Assembly: GCA_951812735.1 (NCBI GenBank)
Contig: OX638332.1
Coordinates: 378,732-442,731 of the forward strand
Length of the DNA: 64,000 nt
Source: Candidatus Dadabacteria bacterium
GTDB taxonomy: Bacteria; Desulfobacterota_D; UBA1144; Nemesobacterales; Nemesobacteraceae
Reading direction: 5' to 3'
Every line of letters starts with the position of its first letter. Positions within the stretch are counted from its first letter, which is position 1. The position numbers and the translations under genes were made by a program. The notes below the pieces were generated by a model that did no database searches, was not told the origin of the DNA, and was given only the letters and a program-made list of their open reading frames with translations. Shown here piece after piece: positions 59,500 through 64,000 of this stretch.

Positions 59500-60285
59500 A
59501 TGGCTAAAAACAAAGAAATTCTCGTAAAGACTGAGGGTTCAATTTGCACCCTTACTCTCAATCGCCCTGAGAAAAGAAACTCCCTTACTCCAAAAATTCT
59601 AGGGCTTTTAACAGAGGAATTCTTAGAACTAAGAAAGAACGCTAAAATCAGATGTGTTGTTATAAGAGGAAGCGGCGACAGGGCCTTCTGTTCCGGATAC
59701 GATATAACCTCAATATCCGATGAAGAGATTGCGATAGAAAATGGCCATCCTCTCACCGAAGCCATGCGGGCTGTAAAGTCCTACCCTCTTCCCGTAATAG
59801 CAATGATAAACGGCCATGCTTTCGGGGCGGGACTCGAACTCGCGGTGACTTGCGACCTAAGAGTGTGCGCCGCTGATGCGAAACTCGCAATCCCACCTGC
59901 AAAGCTCGGAGTCATTTATCATTACAGTGGAATAAAGCAGTTTCTGAACTTGGTGGGTCCCGGATTTACAAGGGAACTTTTTCTTACCGGAAACCCCGTT
60001 AACGCCGAAAGAGCCCTGGAAAAAGGGCTTGTCGACCACGTTGTAAAAAGAGACAAGCTTGAAGAGTTCACCTATGGGCTTGCTGAGGGAATAAACGAAA
60101 ACGCACCTCTTTCCATGATATCCATGAAAAAGATGATAAATATCTGGGAAGAGGATAATCCGCTTTCAGAAGAAAATGAAGAACTTATAAGGTCTCTTCT
60201 TTCGAGGGTAAGGAAAAGCAGCGATTCCAAGGAAGGGAAAAAAGCCTTCCTTGAAAAAAGAAAACCCATCTTCAAGGGAAAATAA
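59500..60285 (+). CDS. enoyl-CoA hydratase/isomerase (crotonase) family protein
   Basis: LTLNRPEKRNSL, VIAMINGHAFGAGLELAVTCD oxyanion-hole motif and C-terminal DSKEGKKAFLEKRKPIF. Confidence 0.9.
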   Translation: MAKNKEILVKTEGSICTLTLNRPEKRNSLTPKILGLLTEEFLELRKNAKIRCVVIRGSGDRAFCSGYDITSISDEEIAIENGHPLTEAMRAVKSYPLPVIAMINGHAFGAGLELAVTCDLRVCAADAKLAIPPAKLGVIYHYSGIKQFLNLVGPGFTRELFLTGNPVNAERALEKGLVDHVVKRDKLEEFTYGLAEGINENAPLSMISMKKMINIWEEDNPLSEENEELIRSLLSRVRKSSDSKEGKKAFLEKRKPIFKGK

Positions 60286-60298
60286 CGGCCTCTGCGGT

Positions 60299-61204
60299 TC
60301 AGTCCCCGTAACCGAATTCCTTTATCAGCACATCTCTCTGTGTCCAGTTCTCCTTAACTTTAACCCAGAGTTCAAGAAACAGTTTCACTCCCAGTATCCT
60401 TTCAATTTCAACCCTGGCCTCAGAACCGATCTGCTTGAGCATGCCCCCGCCCTTCCCTATCAAAATTCCCTTGTGACTTTTTCTCTCAACGTAAATTTCC
60501 GCGTTTATCCTTAACAGGTTTCGCTCCGTATCCTCGCTGAACCCTGAAACCACTACGGCAACTTTATAGGGAATTTCCTTTCGGGTGAGGTTGAACACCT
60601 TCTCCCTTATTAGTTCGCTTACGTAAAAGATCTCAGGCTGATCCGTGAAAATATCATCGGGGAAATATTTCGGGCCCTCCGGCAGGTGTTTTTTAAGAAG
60701 CTCTGTGAGTTGCTCTACGCCGTCGCCCGTAAGAGACGAGATGGGAACTATTTCGAGGAACTTCTCAGAGAATCTCTCGGCGGCTGAAAGTATCGAAAGG
60801 AGCTTTGATTTTTTTATCTTGTCGATCTTGTTTACGACAAACAAGGAAGGTTTTCTTAGCATTTTCAGGATAGATTCATCAGCCGCTCCGAAAGGCTTTT
60901 CCACATCCGTAACGAACGCCACAAGATCAGCGTCCGACAGAGCGCCGCTTACAGCTCTGGCCATGGATTTTCCGAGCCTGCTTTTTTCCCTGTACACGCC
61001 CGGGGTATCGAGAAAAACCAGTTGAGAATCATCGAAAGTCTTTACGCCCAGGATTCTGTTCCTGGTGGTGCTCGGCTTGTCTGAAACGGCCGAAACTTTT
61101 TCTCCAACGATAGAATTCACAAGCGTGGATTTGCCCACGTTGGGCCGTCCAATTACGGAAATAAACCCCGATCTGAAATTCTCTCTTAAGCGCTCGCCTG
61201 ACAT
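60299..61204 (-). CDS. era: GTPase Era
   Basis: GRPNVGKSTLVN (G1), DTPG (G3), NKID (G4) and a C-terminal KH domain (GKGGGMLKQIG). Confidence 0.94.
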   Translation of the reverse strand: MSGERLRENFRSGFISVIGRPNVGKSTLVNSIVGEKVSAVSDKPSTTRNRILGVKTFDDSQLVFLDTPGVYREKSRLGKSMARAVSGALSDADLVAFVTDVEKPFGAADESILKMLRKPSLFVVNKIDKIKKSKLLSILSAAERFSEKFLEIVPISSLTGDGVEQLTELLKKHLPEGPKYFPDDIFTDQPEIFYVSELIREKVFNLTRKEIPYKVAVVVSGFSEDTERNLLRINAEIYVERKSHKGILIGKGGGMLKQIGSEARVEIERILGVKLFLELWVKVKENWTQRDVLIKEFGYGD

Positions 61205-61317
61205 GGAAAATTACCCCTTCTCCGCAAACAATTTTGCTCTTCCCAGTATAATTCACGCCAAACCTTAACACAAAAACCCATGCGCCAGTAAAAACTGAAA
61301 TCCAGGCAGGCAAGAAC

Positions 61318-62344
61318 ATGACTCGCTACAGAGAAGCTATACGTCCGGTTATTCACTGGTTCAGAAAAGACTTAAGACTGGCGGACAACCCGGCGCTCTT
61401 AAGTGCAGCTGAATCCGGTCATCCGGTATTGGCCGTTTACATACTTGAAGACGGCGATTCAGACCCCTGGGCACCCGGGAATGCCAGCCAGTGGTGGCTG
61501 CACCACAGTCTCAAAGCACTTGATAAATCCCTAAAAGCACTTGGAAACAGGCTGGTTCTGCGTCGCGGTCGACCGCAGGAGGTCCTGCGGGAGTTGGCAA
61601 CCGAGACCGGGGCCACAGCGTTATACAGCACTTGGCTTGCCGAACCGCACGCTATCAAGGTTGATTCAGAACTTCTGGATATTCTGGACGAACTTGGGGT
61701 CAGGTTTCGCGTGCTTGACGGCAACCTGCTTTTCCCGCCGGAATCCGTCTCGACAAAAAACGGAGAGCCCTACAAGGTGTTCACACCCTTTTATAAAGCC
61801 TGCTTGAAAAAGTTTCCACTGCCCGCTCCCATGCCCGCCCCAAGAAAGCTTCCATCCCCGAGAAAATCCCCAAAGAGCGATTTGCTTGACCAGTGGGAAC
61901 TGCTGCCGAAAAAACCCGACTGGAGTGCCGGCTGGCTTGATATTTGGACACCGGGAGAGACGGGAGCTCTCTTGCACCTCGACTCGTTTCTGGAACAGTC
62001 GGCAGCGGCATACGGAACCCTACGTAACCGGCCCGACATCTCCGGAACTTCAAGGCTTTCGCCTCATTTTCATTTTGGCGAAATATCTCCTCTGCTATCC
62101 TGGCACAGAGCCTTATCTCACGTAAGCCTCGAAGCGGAAAACGGTATTGAATCTTTTTTTCGCCAGATTATCTGGCGGGAGTTTTCCCATCACCTGCTTT
62201 ACCATTGGCCGAAGTTTCCCGAAGAACCATTCCGGCCGGAATTCAAACGCTTTGCGTGGGTAAAAGATGAAGAAGCGCTTCGCCGTTGGCAAAGCGGGCT
62301 TACAGGCTACCCGATAGTTGACGCTGGAATGCGCGAACTCTGGG
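61318..62344 (+). pseudogene. phrB: deoxyribodipyrimidine (CPD) photolyase, 5' part, interrupted by IS256-family insertion
   Basis: The N-terminal alpha/beta domain and the start of the FAD domain end at ...GYPIVDAGMRELW, after which the frame runs into IS sequence and stops at 62373. Confidence 0.88.
62336..62344. repeat. target-site duplication, copy 1 (AACTCTGGG)
   Basis: An identical 9-mer recurs at 63767-63775, immediately outside the other IS end. Confidence 0.85.
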
Positions 62345-62392
62345 GTAGTGCTCGGAATTTTTCGCAAATTTAAGTTTTCAGCATTTCTTCAG

Positions 62393-62430
62393 TTTGAGAA
62401 TCAAAGACTCATGAGTCTTTGATTCTCAAA
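62393..62430. repeat. perfect 18-bp-stem palindrome inside the IS, between the IS end and the transposase stop
   Basis: TTTGAGAATCAAAGACTC-AT-GAGTCTTTGATTCTCAAA. Confidence 0.9.
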
Positions 62431-62446
62431 ATCCGGTCTTTGTCCA

Positions 62447-63658
62447 TTACCCTACCTCAACTTCCTCCTTGCTGTACATTTCCCTCAGCAAATCCATGTC
62501 CAGATACTTCCTGCTTCCCCACTTGGTCCCCGATATATGCCTTAACCTCGCCGCGCACAACATCAACGCACTCTGCCCGTCAGGGAAGGCTCCCACAACA
62601 CGGGATCTTCTCCTTATCTCCTTTATGATCCTCTCCATCGGATTGTTCGTCCGGACCCTGCGCCAGTGTGACGACGGAAACCCATAGTAACAAAGAGTCT
62701 CTTCAATGTTCTCCTCCACCCACTTAGCCGCCGAGCCCAGTCGCATCCCCTTAAGTCTGTTTACAACCTCCTTTGCCTTCCCCCTCGCGGCTTCCTCGTT
62801 CTCAGAAGCATGGATGGCCTTCAGCATCAAACTCACCTCCCCAACCCTGCCCCGAGGCACGTAACTGAACACGTTGCGATAAAAGTGAACCACGCAACGC
62901 TGCCAAAGCGCCTCCGGATAAAAATCCCCTATGCTCTCAACCAACCCCAAACACGCGTCGCTTATGAACATCCGCACCCCACTAAGCCCCCTCTGCTTCA
63001 GATGACGCAAAAACCCGCTCCACCCGGCCTTGTCCTCTTTCGCCCCCTCCACAACCCCCAGAACCCGGCGATAACCATCTCTGCCCACCCCTATGGCTAT
63101 AAGAACCGACACGTTGCCCACTTCTCCTCCCCAGCTGCGCTTGAGACTCACCCCGTCAAGATAAACATAGGGAAACTCTCCTTCTATGGGCCTGTTTCTC
63201 CACTTCTCTATGTGCTCGTACACGCTACAGTTGAGCTTCGAGACCGTGGCCGAACTCACCCGCGTGTCCCAAAGCGCTTCTGTAATATCCGCCACCCGCC
63301 GCGTGGATACTCCCGCAAGATACATCTCCACCAGGGCTTCTTCGACTGATGACTCCCTTCGCCTGTATCGCTCTATTACGGCCGTCTGGAATCTCTGCTC
63401 CCGAAGCTTGGGCACCTTCAGCGTTACTTCTCCAGCCTTGGTCTGGAGCTTTCTTGTGTAGCTTCCGGAACGATAGTCCTGGCGATCCGAACTTCGCTCG
63501 TACCGCGCTGCCCCAACCATCTCATCTGCTTCAGAGTCAAGAACCTTGTTCAATACTTCCTCTACCGTATCGGTGACTATGGAGCTTAGATGATCCCTAA
63601 GCTCCTCGTGGTTAATCTGAATTACCTTTTTGGGGCTCTTCGCTGTATAATCTCTCAT
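62447..63658 (-). CDS. IS256-family (Transposase_mut) transposase
   Basis: 403 aa. YVYLDGVSLK, DGYRRVLGV and the FYPEALWQRCVVHFYRNVFSYVP signature are typical of IS256/mutator transposases. Confidence 0.92.
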   Translation of the reverse strand: MRDYTAKSPKKVIQINHEELRDHLSSIVTDTVEEVLNKVLDSEADEMVGAARYERSSDRQDYRSGSYTRKLQTKAGEVTLKVPKLREQRFQTAVIERYRRRESSVEEALVEMYLAGVSTRRVADITEALWDTRVSSATVSKLNCSVYEHIEKWRNRPIEGEFPYVYLDGVSLKRSWGGEVGNVSVLIAIGVGRDGYRRVLGVVEGAKEDKAGWSGFLRHLKQRGLSGVRMFISDACLGLVESIGDFYPEALWQRCVVHFYRNVFSYVPRGRVGEVSLMLKAIHASENEEAARGKAKEVVNRLKGMRLGSAAKWVEENIEETLCYYGFPSSHWRRVRTNNPMERIIKEIRRRSRVVGAFPDGQSALMLCAARLRHISGTKWGSRKYLDMDLLREMYSKEEVEVG

Positions 63659-63766
63659 GGCGGTGTTTCCTCCTGTTAAATAAATTTAAGAGCACTATTT
63701 ATCTAACCGGATTCATGAAGAAATGCCGCCTTCCTTTTTAATTTGCGAAAGATTTAAAGCGTTATC

Positions 63767-63775
63767 AACTCTGGG
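63767..63775. repeat. target-site duplication, copy 2 (AACTCTGGG)
   Basis: Matches 62336-62344. Confidence 0.85.
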
Positions 63776-64000
63776 CAACGGGCTGGATGCACAACCGGGT
63801 ACGAATGATTGCTGCCTCTTTTCTTGTTAAACATCTGCTCATTCCATGGCAGGACGGCGCCGCTTGGTTCTGGGATACTTTGGTAGACGCAGATTTAGCT
63901 AACAACTCAGTAAGTTGGCAGTGGATAGCCGGCTGCGGAGTTGACGCCGCTCCGTTTTTTCGAATTTTTAATCCGATTCTGCAGGGTCAGAGGTTCGACC
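63767..64000 (+). pseudogene. phrB: CPD photolyase, 3' continuation (FAD-binding domain), runs off the window
   Basis: The frame starting at 63769 reads [77 protein letters not shown], a classic photolyase motif block. It joins the 5' part in frame if the IS plus one duplication copy is removed. Confidence 0.9.

Larger units (their letters stand above)
62345..63766 (-). mobile_element. IS256-family insertion sequence (~1.42 kb)
   Basis: Single IS256-type transposase ORF. Imperfect terminal inverted repeats share TTTCGCAAAT about 15-25 nt from each end. Flanked by a 9-bp direct repeat. Confidence 0.88.

Overview
Bacterial chromosomal segment, mostly core housekeeping genes. The taxon cannot be assigned from the sequence alone; ATA, AGA and AGG codons are frequent throughout. 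The minus strand carries an uninterrupted str-S10-spc-alpha ribosomal super-operon of 34 genes, from rpsL at 40176 down to rplQ at 20894, behind a near-consensus promoter. L30 (rpmD) is absent from this block and tuf overlaps rpsJ. The left third holds an M50 protease, ptsP, an fprA-like reductase, an RNase II-family enzyme, pyrG, rdgB, smpB followed by tmRNA, dtd, alr, an outer-membrane beta-barrel protein, an MFS transporter, metF, ubiE, pdxH and oxidoreductases. Positions 40-48 kb hold purD, glmS, glmU, ssb, a Nudix hydrolase, a HyuA-type protein and rpoZ. The right end (48.5-64 kb) looks more accessory. It contains two paralogous tandem Cache-like secreted proteins with C-terminal anchors, PhoD and a stand-alone hisIE. 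It also holds a pair of unusual split zinc-ribbon paralogues divergent from a DnaQ-like exonuclease, an ADH, a nucleoside 2-deoxyribosyltransferase and arsC. Two mobile elements are present: a TnpA-less TnpB element bounded by a 16-bp inverted repeat, and an IS256-family element with a 9-bp target duplication that splits a photolyase gene. The strongest sequence-level oddity is tuf. Wherever the code allows, its third codon position is a purine (Ile 27 ATA to 1 ATT; GGG, AGG, ACG, GAG and AAG dominate), unlike its operon neighbours, and the IS256 transposase gene shows a similar bias. I saw no CRISPR array, no tRNA or rRNA genes, and no recognisable defence system.
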